Source: Lama guanicoe
Taxonomy: Eukaryota
Assembly (NCBI GenBank): GCA_013239625.1
Contig: MU054391.1
Location: 4,483,824-4,547,823, forward strand
Direction of reading: 5' to 3'
Length of the DNA stretch: 64,000 bases
Shown here: positions 11,946-24,734 of the stretch, in pieces
Numbering within the stretch: the first letter of the stretch is position 1
Layout of the letters: each line of letters opens with the position of its first letter
Translations under genes and position numbers: made by a program
Notes under the pieces: model-generated
Database searches by the model: none
The model's input: the letters and a program-made list of their open reading frames with translations, nothing else
What the model was told of the DNA's origin: nothing

Positions 11946-13729
11946 TAATCAGAAAACTACAGGCAAGAAGAAACTCAAGAAGATATTTTTCAATTATTGC
12001 AACTTTTGGATTTTTAGAAGAGAAACTATAGGAGAGAGACCATTCTAAAAAGAAGGCTCTAAACAACTTTTCTGAGAGTATAATCTTAATGTCTAAGAAA
12101 CTGGGTAAGCGTTTCCATTGGAAAATATCCAGTGTGCCAGATAAATTTTCAAACTACATTTAAAAGTTAAAAATAAATCTAAAATTCAAATATTTAGAAG
12201 AAAATGTAAATTACCTCATAAACAATTAATAACAATGTCCCTGGAGATCACACAAATTATATAACTACCAGCCATTACATTCTCAAAGTAGAAATTCTGT
12301 TAAAAAAAAAAAAAAGAAATACATCTCTGCACACTCAGCTGTTGAAGTCTCCTGGATTAAGAAATATTTGCAAGACTAATAAGAATCATCTGAAGAGAGA
12401 GAAATGATCTTTTTATTCTTCCCAGAATCACGGGACTTTAGAATGCAGAAGCATCTCCATCAACCTACACATTTTCTAGACGAAGACGCCAAGGCCAGCA
12501 TGAAGATCTCTCTCCACTTCGGGTACCAGCCCGTGGGTAGCAAAGTCTGAACTTGGTCCAGATCTCTCCCTTTTCACCTCCACCTCCTCTCAGCCTGAGC
12601 CAGGACTTTGAACTGAGTGTTTGCCGAGTCTGTCCGCAAAGAGTTAACGTGCACTTCTGGTCTCGGCCACGCTGGGTGTTCCAGGGTGGGCTGGGATGGG
12701 GGGGGGGCACCTGGTCCACCCTTGTCATTTCCCAGAGAGTTCTCTCTAGAGGTTTCCCTTAAGCAGGACCCTTCTGCATGAATCTCATTCCTTCGGCTCT
12801 GGCTCCAAATTCTCCAGCCAACGTGGACTTTGTATCTAAGTAGGAACAGACCAAAGCTCAGAATACGCCGTGCCCTTCATTGGCTCCCCACAGGCGCACT
12901 TATTTAGCATCTCCTATTTAGCGTGTTTTCAACAGACAAGCACGCGTAAGGAGTGAGCAAGTTTGCCATCTGTCTACCACGTGACACAGGACTACAGGCC
13001 AGAACCAGAATCTACTTGCTGACTCTCATCTGTTTTCTCTTTGACCTCAGTTAACATCCTGAACTTCTCCCACATTCTTGATTACAAGGAATAATAAAAA
13101 AAAAATGGATTCACAGCAGTAGAAATTGTGCAACACTTTCACTTTCATTAACACCATCTCATGTGCTCTTCCCAGCCACTGTGTAAAGCTGCTCCTTAGC
13201 CATCATTTCACAGTTGAGCCACACAGCCCTGGTCACACGGTGATCGGGGAGTGGGCTGGTTCCACCTTCTACCTCCCAGCCTGCTGCTCACGTGTGCATT
13301 TTCTGTACCACGATACCTCCCAGTAACTCAGACCACGGCTGAGACCACCACATGCCCACGTTCAATTCCCTGGCTCCATTGTTTCCTGGATCGCCCATGA
13401 CTCTCCATCCCCAGGGCCACAAACAGTGTCCCCCTGCTGTGCCTGGAGCACTCCAACACTTCCCTCAAGGCGGAGACTCTGGCCCTGATGTCCGGCCAGC
13501 ACCCCTGCGCCGCGTTGCACTAAGGGTAGTTACAGGCTCCATCAGCAAGCAGGTTTGACTTCAGGATTTCCAAGGCCCTTTTACCTCTGGACCTGATACA
13601 ATGACAGGGACGTTACAACCACAATTTATGGATTGCTCATGTGACATTTTTAAACAATAGGTTAAATGTACATCCATCACACTATGGCCATTTATAACCA
13701 AGGCAGCAAAGTTAAAAGAAAATATGCTT

Positions 13730-14000
13730 TTTCTATGAATTTGATTAAACAACTAAGCACCTGCTTTTTCCCAGAATTTTTGCTCAGCAAAAGGTACAAA
13801 CTTGAATGAAGACATGGTACATGCACTTAAATGGCTCACAGTCTAGCAGAAGAAACACACACACACACACGGTCTACATTTGATGATTAAAACCTGATGG
13901 CCAAACGAATATAATTAGTACAGAGCCCAGAAACGGGAGCCCCACATTTCAGAGAAGCGTCACAAGAGAGGTGGTACTTGAGCACATGAGAAATAAGAAG
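13730..14000 (-). mobile_element. L2 fragment with short (AC)n
   Basis: 'aactaagcacctgc...gaatgaagacatggtacatgcacttaaatggctcacagtctagcagaag' and 'aggtggtacttgag'. Confidence 0.55.
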
Positions 14001-16329
14001 CTAAGTCTTGGTCTTTACCCTAAACTCCCAGGATAATACATCAACAGCTCCACGTAGGCCTGGCTTCCAAGAAAAGTTTTCAGAAGTACCAAAAGGCAGC
14101 TCAAACCTCATCCGTGTGTCCCAGTCTCAGTCCATCACGTCCCAGCTTCTGTGGAGACACAATATGGTCACTCTTCTGACAAGGGGAGAACAGGGGGGTT
14201 TCAAATCTCCACACAGCCTGTCAAAGCCCGCGTGCACATGGCAAAGTCCGTGCCCTCTACCCCAGCTCACACGCTCACATTCACCTGCATCATCATTGTT
14301 CCCCTGTTTCCCCAAACCTGCACGTTGAAATGGTAACAGAAACTCTTCTTTGTTGAAAGAGTAATGATCGGTCATTAAGAGTATTTTGGTGGCACCTCCT
14401 CTAGTAGAAAGAGGATGCATGGCCTTTAGCTTCAGAGCCCTGAGCAGATGAGAGCTTCCCTCGATGACACGCCTGAATGTTTCCATTTTTGTTACTCTTC
14501 TTTGAAGTAGCAATGTTGTGATAAAAAGACTTGGTGCAAATTTCTATTGTCAAAGCAGACAAATAATTCACATCAAGTAGCAGTTATCACTGGTGTCCAG
14601 GATTCTTGTGGTTCTCGGCACTTGTGTCCTCTCGGTTTTCCGTCCTAACCCCCTGGGCTGGGAGTGTAAGACCACTGGAGTCGGCTCCTCCAGCCTCCTC
14701 CAAGTAGTCTTTATCTTTGGTGGTTCTCCATTGTGTAGCTCTCAGCGCGCTTCACGCATTCACTCATTTAATCCCCCAATGAGCCATCCATCCTCTGCAT
14801 GGAAGAAACACACGCACACGTTCGTGCTTTACAGAGCACCCCTCTCTCCGTACCTTCTCAGGGCAGCTGCACACACAAAGCCTAGCATATAAGACAACCT
14901 CTTATTACCTCTTGCCCTAAGGAAAGTATTTTAGGCATACACCAAGTTGTAAAATGGATGACAAAGTTTTAAACCTAACTCCCAACTCATCGTCAACAAG
15001 AAATCTTACCTAAGGTCCACAAAAAATGAAGAGGCCTGAGAGCTTCAGGAGGGAATGAAATTTGCAGAAAGTGAATGACTTCGAAGACCCAGATGGTGGC
15101 TTCCACGTAGTCCCTGGTGACTGAGCGTACAATCTGTATGTAAACAGAGAAAACTGTGGAAGCAAAGATGGGCTCATAGACCATGATTATGTTTGTTCTT
15201 TTGATGTAAAGATTAATCATATGTGAATTTAAGAAGGATACTGTATTTTGATCATAATACCATAATAACAGAATATTAGTTTCTTCCAGATCCCTGGCCT
15301 AATTAAGAGCACATGCAAATATCTAACACATTTACTAAAATGCAGACGGACTCACTGATGCGTATCCAACCAGGAGTTTAAGTCAAAAAAAACCCTACTT
15401 AAGCAAATAGTTTAGCTGGACACTTAACCTGATACACAGGTCACGAAAGAGTCCCTTATCCTCCCCTGTTGAGAACATTAGCGAACGCCCCGTTGTTACC
15501 CTGGCATGGGTGGGTTAAAACAACACACCACAGTCTGTTTAGCACCGCGTCCCTTCTAACCTTTAAATTTGGAAGAGTTCAGCCATAACTTAGGACTTTC
15601 TGACACATACGAGCGTACACAGTATAGATCTAAATCATCTGCAGCGTGTTTTGGCTGGAATTCATTAGGGATGGACAGTATTTGGCCAATCATGCAACAT
15701 TCCTAAGCTTTGCCTATTTCTATATCAGATTTCAACTTTACTGGGTACAACTGTTCGTGTGCTAATTTTTTTTTTATTAATGACACTAAAAGGATTTTGG
15801 TGTTTCCAATTTCGTACATAAACCTAGCAGGCAAAAAAAAAAAAATCTTCTGTAAATGTATTCTTAAGCTCTTGGCAAACTTTCCCCAGGAGTAAATATT
15901 AACTCCAGATAGCGTTTATTAGCTTTTACAAAATAATCGCTGTACTAGTGGCATGTAATGACCAGAGGTAAATGCTTATCTAGGCCACAAATTAATCAAG
16001 TTTGAGGTCCTTAATAGAACCTGGTCAGAAATAATTTATTTCTTGCAAGTTTATGTTTCAAAAGAACCACAGGATTTCCCTCTGATTTTGCTTTCCACTC
16101 CAACAGTGACTTTCACGAACAAGCATTTCATGCTGCCTGCGCTGTCAACGTGGAAACACAGAGACATGAATTCTGTGCTGTGTAACACAGATAAAGCTAT
16201 GGGAGACGTCTGAATTCAGCTCTGTACCCTCCATCCCCAGGACGGGTCTCAAATTTACAGAGTCTCCCAACTTAAACAGTCACTACGCTTCTGTATTTTT
16301 GAAACATTATTGATACTTTCGCAAATACT

Positions 16330-16820
16330 AAGAAATACATCCTGATACGGAACAACAGCTCTCTATAACGCAGCCCGGCTATAAACAGCAGGTCAAGGTT
16401 TGCGTGTGGACACGTTTTCAGCTCCTTCAGGTAAAGACCAAGGAGCAGGGCAGCTGGATCACACAGTAAGAGAATGTTTTGCTTTGTAAAAATAAAAAAA
16501 TTAAAAAAAAACAAAGCCATCCAACTGTCTTTCAAAGTGGCTGCACCATTTTGGATTCCCACCGGTAATGAATGCGAGTTCCTGTGGCGCGACATCCTTG
16601 TCTGTGTCTGGTGTCGTCGGGGTTCCAGAGTTTGGCCATTTGAATGGTTGCGCGGTGGAATCCTGTTGTTGTTTCAATTTGCATTTATCGATACATATAA
16701 TGTGAAACGTCTTTCCACGTGCTTATTTGCCATCTGTATGTCTTCCTTGGTGACGTGTTTGTTAACATCCTTGGCCCATTTTTAAATCACATTGTTTGGT
16801 TCCTTATTGTTGAGTTTTAA
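16330..16820 (-). mobile_element. Antisense L1MB/L1MC-like fragment
   Basis: 'tcaaagtggctgcaccattttggattcccacc', 'gtgcttatttgccatctgtatgtcttccttggtga', 'ttccttattgttgagttttaa'. Confidence 0.88.
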
Positions 16821-16829
16821 TGAGCCAGG

Positions 16830-17629
16830 GTGGGACGGCTTGCAGAAGTGTTCTTGCTGCTCATTATGCCAACTCCAGTGACTCTGTGACATGGGAGTCC
16901 GGGGCCAGAGATCATACGGCAAGAGAAATGCATCTTATGACATCTGGCACTGGCAGCACGGGGGTCATGGAGCAGAAGAAAGGTTTGAAATGGATAGAAC
17001 CAGAAGCTGATCTGTGGGAAATTCTTCTCAGCATTAATCATGTAACGTTGCAAACAGAGTGCAGTTCTCATCAATGCCTGAGAAAATGGAAGTTGTCTCC
17101 TGTAAGTGTACAGTCAATAATGCAACACATGCCATTGCAAATGCACCATGCATTTGCGTACGGAAACCCAACAAATACACTCTATCTGAATATGTCCCTG
17201 TGTTTTGTGAGGTGCAAGTCTGTAGCTTTAGAATAAACAGTGAGTGCATCTATGTGTGGAGTTGCGTATTTTATGCGTCCCAACTGTCAACAATTAAAAC
17301 AGACTTTAGCCAGCTGTGCTAAAGGAAGACTCAGTTACTCTTCCCCTCTCTCTATAGAAAATATTGCAAACTGTGGTCCAATGAAGAAGCACTTCACAGA
17401 GTAGGCAGCCAAGATGTAGGAATTAAAATATTTTGAAGATGTGTCAGGCAGTTAATGAGTGAAAACATTATGCTTTATAAGATTTTTGTGATACTTTCAG
17501 ATTCCTAAACTTTGCTTTCCCATTCTAAATACTCACTTTCATTTTGCATCTATAAGTTTTATTCCCTTTTTTAGAAAGAACCTGAAAAATTGGACATGCT
17601 TCAGGCCACAAAACCTGGACCTTCCCCTG
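16830..17629 (+). mobile_element. hAT-Tip100 DNA transposon fossil (Arthur1/MER69-like)
   Basis: Degenerate hAT C-terminal dimerisation motif at 17281-17365 (QLSTIKTDF.../RLSYSSPLSIEN ~ RLNxLSILSIE). Terminus 'ttcaggccacaaaacctggaccttcccctg' ends at 17629. Left boundary uncertain. Confidence 0.7.
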
Positions 17630-18207
17630 GCCCCTTCTATTCCCTGGAACAAGACTTGACTATAATGCAGATTGGAAAGAAACTAATGAACCTAAAGGTA
17701 CAGCTGTACAAGGAATTACCACCTATTGTCCAGATTTTGCAGCAACTCATTTTCTAGATGGTACTGCGCTCCTTTTGAACATCTGCATCGATTAAGAGAA
17801 GATAAAGTAATAATGTCCCAGTGAATACATCCCTCTGTGGTGCACTCAGCGGGGCCCTGGGCCATACTGCTGCCTGTAGGCAGCCCCATTCAGTTGGTGA
17901 GTCTGGGGGAGGGACAGGGCAGTGGCCAGACCTCAGGGGCCACCAGGTCCTGTTGACACACATACTCGATCACATTTCACCATCTGAGCAGGAACAGAGA
18001 CTCTCCTTGCATGGTGACACAGGGGGACCATGTTCTACTCCCCTCCTACGACTGCTTGATCTCCTTCTCCTGGGACTGGCGATGTTGGTCAAATCCCCTT
18101 CCCCCGGGGCGCTCTCATCAGCTGGGCCAAACAGGAGTTGGAGAAGGCAGAAAGGGCTGTTCCCGGGACTGCAGTCTACTGCCCTGCCTCTGCTCTCTTA
18201 CAGACAG

Positions 18208-18801
18208 TGTATTCATCGGGGTTCTCCTGAGAAACAGAGCCAATAGAATATGTGTGTGTGTGTGCATGTGTGTGTACATATATACACACATATATACATA
18301 CAGAGAGAAAGAGAGAGAAGAGGAGGTGCGTCATGATGAGGAATTGGGTCATCCAATCATGAAAGCTGAGAAATCCCTAGATCTGCAGTCCGCAAGCTGG
18401 AGAGCCGGGAAGGTGAGGGTGTAACTCCATTCCAGGTCTAAAGGTCTAAGAACCAGGATTGCCAGCGGTGCAGTTCCAATCAGGGAACACCAGCAGGCTG
18501 AAGCCCCAAGGAGAACTGATGCTTCCGTTCAAGTCCGAAGGCTAGAGAAGACCAGGAAAACCACGGGCCCTGCTTGGTGCACCAGGCAGGAGGAGCTCCC
18601 TCTGACTCAGCCTTCTTGTTCGCCTCATAGTCTTCAGTTCATCAGTGAGCCCCGCCTAGACTGGGAGGACGGTCTTCTCAGCCCACTGATTCAGACCTTA
18701 CTCTTGTCCAGAAACGCCCTCACAGGCACCCCCAGAACAGTGTTTGACCAAGTGTCTGGGCACCTCACGGCTCAGTCAAGTTGACATGAAATTAACCAAT
18801 C
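18208..18801 (-). mobile_element. MLT2-type ERVL solo LTR with internal (TG)/(TA)/(GA) microsatellite
   Basis: 'ggggttctcctgagaaacagagccaatag', 'gctgagaaatccctagatctgcagtccgcaagctggaga', terminus 'cagtcaagttgacatgaaattaacca'. Confidence 0.9.
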
Positions 18802-19039
18802 TAAACGCTAACGCAGCACGAAATCCAACACCCCTTGTTGGATTCTCAGAATTAGTTCTCCCTTCTCCACCACCACGTCCATCTTTTGATCAACTTCTAG
18901 ATCAGTGGCACTGCTCAGTTTATTCGCATAATCAGAAACCACCCACAGAGCACTGGCCAGCTGCCCAAATCCTGTGCGATCCTCACGTCTCTTTGAGGAG
19001 TTTGCATTTTCCCCCTTGGACAGAAGGGAGCCCGTCTCC

Positions 19040-19348
19040 TGCAGCTGCCATAATGGGATGTCACAGACTGAATGTTTAAGGGGGCCTTAAACAACAGACA
19101 TTCAATCTTCACAGTTCTAGAGACTGGAAGTCCAAGTGGCTTGAAGAAAGCCACCTTCTTGCTAACCTCACATGCGGAGAGAGAAAGGGCAAGTTCTCTG
19201 GTCTCTACTAAGGGCATGAATCCCAACATGCAAGTCCCACCCTCATGACCCCCTTTAAACAAAATTACCTGCCGAAGACCCCACCTCCAAGTTCCATCAC
19301 ATTAGAGCTTCAACATGTCAATTTGGGGGAGAACAATTCAGTCCCGTG
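19040..19348 (-). mobile_element. MLT1A/B-like MaLR solo LTR
   Basis: 'ttaaacaacagacatt...cacagttctagagactggaagtccaag', 'ccaccctcatgacc', 'ccccacctccaa', 'aattcagtcccgt'. Confidence 0.85.
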
Positions 19349-22300
19349 GAGGATTTAAGTTGAGAAAGGGGATGGACAGTCTGGGTTTCCACTCTGAAGT
19401 CCAAAGAGAGAAATCTTGGAAAGGAAGACTTGTCGGGGGGGCTCAGGATGGGGAGCTGAGGAGTTGGAGGGGGGATCACAGAGATATTTAGAAAATGAAT
19501 ACCCAAAGTCTTTGGTGGCCAATTAAGTTTGACATGATGTATGTGTACATATGCATGTTGGTGGGGTAGTTAGTTGTGTGAAGATAAAGAAAGATAATCA
19601 AGGCCAAATTTTCACAGAATTTCACAGGATACAAGTTAGGAGTTTGTTTCACTGTTTTTGTTGTAATCATACCTAGTTGTGCTGTGTGTCTTGGAACAAA
19701 ATACTAACCCTCTCTGGGACTTGGTTTCTTCATTTGCATATTTAAAGATAGGAAGGGCCTCCCTGGTTGCCTGCAAGTCTAGGATTGCACAACCCCGAAT
19801 CTAATAGCACTGGTTCCAGGAAGAATGCAAAGGGAAGTCAATCGTAGTCAGCACAGAACATCGGGCCCCAGGAGCATGTTATATGTTACCAGGCTTACAA
19901 AAGAACTTCTTCTTAAAGGGGTATTGGCATTAAAAACAGCTTTAAAAATAGGCCAGTGATATATTAGTTTATTACAACTATGTCAATTTCAAAATCAAAC
20001 TTTGCTTTGAAATCCTCCCTCTTCGTACCTCAGTGGTGCAGGCAGAAGGCCCAGGCAAGCCGCTCGCTGGGGGCTGGGCGAAGTCTGTGCCTCTTTGGGG
20101 AGCTGACCAGTGGGCTGGCGTAAGGCTGTGTCTGGCATTCCCGCTGTGGGCTGAGGGTTTGTATTGTACATGCCAGGTGAGTTTCTGAGTCTGGAAGGAC
20201 CTCTCGGAATTAGAAAACCCTTTGGTTCACAAAAGCTACTTTGACTCTTCACTTACTGAGAGTGATTTGCCTTTAGGATCATCACCCCCTAAATTAGTTG
20301 TCGTTCTGATCAATTCTCTTGAAGTTAACCCAGGATCCACAGACGAGGTGGCATAAATGTAGGCCAAGTTCACTGTGTATAATTTATTTGGTGTCAAGAA
20401 AATAAATCATCCCACAGCAGAATTTATACAAAGTGCATGAGTCATACTCACAAACTTGTGCTTTTAATTGCAAATGTGCCGTTGGCAACACAAGATATGG
20501 GTGACTGGACGGCTAGTGCTACCTTCCAAACTGGGCTGGAAGCGGGGGCTAACCCCATGTGACACAAAGCGCACACTGAGATGACATCCCTGGGCCACGG
20601 GGCACAAGTTTTAGGTGGAGCTCAAATCCCAAGGCTGGGCTAGGTAAACATGCCGTGCAGGGTAGCTTGTGGGTTTGCATGAGTCCCGCCCCTCGCAGAC
20701 AACCCCTTTCCATCCCAGTCTTTTCTGATGTGGCTTCTCACTCAGAGCCAGGTTACCAGTTGTCTCACGAGCAGTTTAGCTACAGCATGCAGCTAAGAAT
20801 TCTCAGAATAAGCTGGACCAGGGGAGCCTTTCAGAAGGCTCTGGAAGTCCCTGAGAACAGAATCTTGAACTTGACCTTGCAGATGGTGCTGGCAAGTCCA
20901 CAGGGAATCCCCTCCCAAGACGCAGGGAGCAGCAGGAGAGAGTGGAACAGCAGGAGCCCCCCCTCGGACAGACTCTGGCCGCTCCCGTTCACCTGACTTC
21001 ATCCCAGGTGAAAACGGCCGCAGTTCTGGATGCCACATGAGAACCGTCGTGTCCTGCTGTCACGGAGGTTTTGCAGATGCTTCGTCACCAGACCTAACCC
21101 TCACCGCTCTCCTACGAGGTGGCCTGTGCTGTGCTCACTGTCAGTGATGTCCCCACGATCCAAGGATGAAACGGCTCATTCAAGGACTAGAAAGGGGTGG
21201 AAAGGGAGCTCCAGCCAGGTCAGCTGGACCCCAAGCCCTGCGCTGTTCTCTCCAGGCTGCACCGGCCCGTCCTTCATGACTGGCTCCAGCTCTCCCCTGA
21301 GGGGCTACGTCCCAAGCTGAGCGGCATGTGGTGACCTCCTTGCTTAAGGCATTTCCATGCCTTGGCCCAGCTCTGAGGGGCCGCTGTCCGGTTTCCCAAC
21401 TGGGCAAGGAGTAAGATCGCTCAGTCTGGGCAGATTTCTCCTCACTTCTGGTTCAACTTGGCCTAAAGGAGTAAGAAATAGTAACAAAAAGGGAATTTAT
21501 GAAAGCGTTCTCAGGAAAAAGCCATGAACTTAGCCACCCAGCGTGGCAGGTGTCTTGGGTGTTTTATGGGAGTCATGTGACATGTCACCCAGTCATCCCC
21601 CAGACACGTCCACTTCACAACAATCCCTGCTTGAAAAAGGAACCATTGCGAACCACCGTCTGCACCCCAAATGCCGCATGGCCAAGAGAACTGAAGAGAG
21701 CTGAGAAAATTATATTGTGTTTTGAAAAAACAGCCGAGAACATAGGCTCTCTCTGATGTTACAGGCAGCAGCCACAGATTTCATCAGAGGATAAATCACC
21801 TTGCAGCAGCTGTGGGCTGCTAGCGGGGTCCAGGGCACGGGGGCTGACTCATGAAAAGACCAAAACAGGGGTTAAAACCCCCAGGTCCCGTGGTGTCCTC
21901 ACTACTCGCCTTGGGGGGCTCTGCAGCCCACATTCCACGACTTCAGTTCTCCTGTGTATTTTCAAGTTATTGGATGGAGACAGGGGAGGACACCTCTCGC
22001 TCCCTCTGCCACCCGGGAAAAAAGCTGCTTTCCTGGCTTCCTCGCTTCCTTTCCAGCCTGGAACAGAATACAGCAAGGAACAGAGCTGAGAGGCAGAACC
22101 AGCAAGCCTTTCCCTCCAGGGGCCTTTGCTCCAGATTTAATTTATGAGATGGAGGCAAAGCAGGGAACATTTTTAGGCCACGTTTGCGATCTGCCTCCTT
22201 CTCTGGGTGAGACGCGGCAAGCCCGCGGGGTTTCTCGGAGGCTGAGGCTGCACTGCCTTCTTGTCCTGCTGCTGCAGGACCTGGAGAAGCCCAGCCTCCT

Positions 22301-24601
22301 GCCTCCCCAACAAGGTGTCTGTCCTCTGTCCGTCCTTCCATGTGCCTGCTGGGCGTGGGGGTGATGTCAAACCACCTCCGACTTCCTCCCGCACACGGGT
22401 TCAGGTGGAGCAAAAGGCATCCCCCAGGCAGGAGGGGCAAGGATGGAGAAGGAACAAAGACGGGGCCGGGAAAAATGACTCTGCTTGGGGCTGCCAGCGG
22501 GGGAGGGTGCTTCACACACAGATCGAGATCCCGACCGCTCCCAGAAACAGCCCAGCAGAGGGGCTGGGGCCCAACAAATGGGATGAAAACAAAGAAAACC
22601 AACCAGCTGACAAAACTCCAGCCCGGTCCCTGGTGTCTGAGGGTATGTGACCGGCCATGGGCGAGAGGCCGGGAGCCCACTGTGAGGTGGGAGCTGACAT
22701 CCACCCCAGCCCATCACCTTCCTCCTCAGTGTCTCACGCACCAAACTTGGTGCTGTGTTCATGTCACCTCATTTAACCCCTAGGATCACCCAGATTTACA
22801 AACCTGAGAAATGGGCATTGCACCCAAATCACAGATGAGGGGACCAAAACTCAGGAGCCTGAATGGATGAGCCAAGGTCACAGAGCCACCACGTGGTCCA
22901 TGGGGTGGAAGGCAGCCTGGTGGCCCCGGGCCAGCTGTCCTGGGTCTCGTGCCTTTGTCCACGTGGCTTCGTTGGGTGGCGTGTCTTTCCTTCCCACGTA
23001 AACCCCTTCAATCTTGCAAGTATCCGCTGCCCCTTTCACCAACCCAGGGAGCCCTGTGCACGCCCCCCGCACCCCCAGCACGCGTCTGTCACTGCTCCTC
23101 GGGCCTTTCCAAGCCCTGGCTTGTCTGCAAGGCCGTCTCCCAACTCGCCTGTGGGCTGTTGGAGCACAGGGGTCTGAGTCATGTCGGGGCCTCAGCAGAA
23201 GCAGAGCTTCTGGAAGCATTTCTGAGTATCCTTCCCCGACGCCGTCCCCTGCATCACACTGGACAGCAGGAGAGCGACACCAGGGCCACACGAAAGGCTC
23301 CTTACACGCGGCAGCCCAGACAGGTGTCCAGTCCTGCCGGGGGGCGTTTCCAACACCACTTTTAAGAGCCAAGGGCCTGCTTTCTTACCCTCGGGTTCCT
23401 GCTATGTGACTTCGCTTGTGCGCGCTGAATGGGCTGAAAGAAAACTGAGTCCTTCCCGGATTCAGAGAGATGTGGAAATTTCTTTATCGATAGTGAGAAT
23501 GACATTGCTTGGCTGCGTTTTTTCCTGGTTGAACACGTCCTGCTCAGATTAGCTGTAAGGATTTTAGCACCGACTGCGTCGTCCATCCGAGATGGGCAGG
23601 AGAAGGTGACCCAGCAAACCAGCCCGCGCTGGAGAGCTGGAGAGAACTTGGATTAAATGAAGGCAATGTCATGCTCTTTCCTGAGCCCCTTTCCAGCCTG
23701 AAGCGCCATTGTCTGGGTGGAAACCGTGTTCAGCACAGACCCGTCTTCGCCTTCGGATGTGGCTTTCCCGCGAAGCAGTTCTGACCATGAACTTCAAGAG
23801 AGATCCACGACTGCGACTGAATGCTTTCAGTGCTCATCGGTTGTCAAGACTCCTGACAAAACGCTCAGAAATCGAAACTGCATCGGCTGCCTGTGCAGAC
23901 GTGCTCAGCCCTCGGTGTGTGTGAGTTTGCTCCCCTGCGCCCTTCCCGTCTGCTCGGGGGACTCCTCAGAGAGCAGGCATGGCCGTTCCAGGGCACCGGA
24001 GGAACAGCAGCAACCGTTTCCTCCAGGATTAAAGATTTCCTGTGTTTGAGGCGAGGCCAGAGGTGAACATGTGCCCGTGTGAGAGCGTACCCAGGGATCC
24101 CCGAGGCAACCAGGTGAAGCTGGCTTTCCAGTGGCTGTAATTCACTAGTCCAGCTGCAGAATGAATCACACAACGTGACTGCACCGCAGCGGCTGAGACC
24201 ATTAAAGTTCAAATTGGCAGCCTACGACTTCTTACTGGGGGAGGAAAGGGAGCCAAGTTCGAAACAATTACAGTTCATCATTTTTAAAAGGCGTGCAGGT
24301 TGCAGGGAAAGTACCTGGGCGCGCTCTGGTAGCAGCAGCTCCCCCCCACCATGCCTTCCGAAGCTCTCCGATGTCTGTAAAGGTGGATCACAGGAAGGCG
24401 GGAGTGAGGACCAAGCGGAAATCAGTTTGCCGTTTCAGGACTCAAATTCTCCATTGATCAAGGGGAAACCCCACTCTATTCCAGAAGTTAATGTAAGAAG
24501 TTTGAACCCAAGACTTTCCGAGAGCAACTGATTCAGGCATTAGGAATCCCAAACCTTGTACAACCTTCTGAATTTGCAACAAAGGCCTGGTTTCAGTTCT
24601 G

Positions 24602-24734
24602 TTTGTTTGTTTTCTGAGGGGGAGGTAATTAGGTTTCCTCATCGATCTCCTCTTGGAGGAGGTATGGGGGATTGAACCCGGGACCTCTTGGGTGCTGAGC
24701 ATGCGCACTACCACTTGAGCTATGCCCTTCCCCG
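24602..24734 (-). mobile_element. Vic-1-like camelid SINE
   Basis: Antisense SINE body flanked by a perfect 15-bp TSD ctggtttcagttctg (24587-24601 and 24735-24749). Confidence 0.93.

Noticed and set aside
21967-22704. Longest ORF (245 aa) and overlapping ORFs in 21.8-23.4 kb
   Set aside because: ORFs of similar size overlap on both strands in GC-rich DNA, the composition is P/G/A/R/S-rich, and I recognise no domain.
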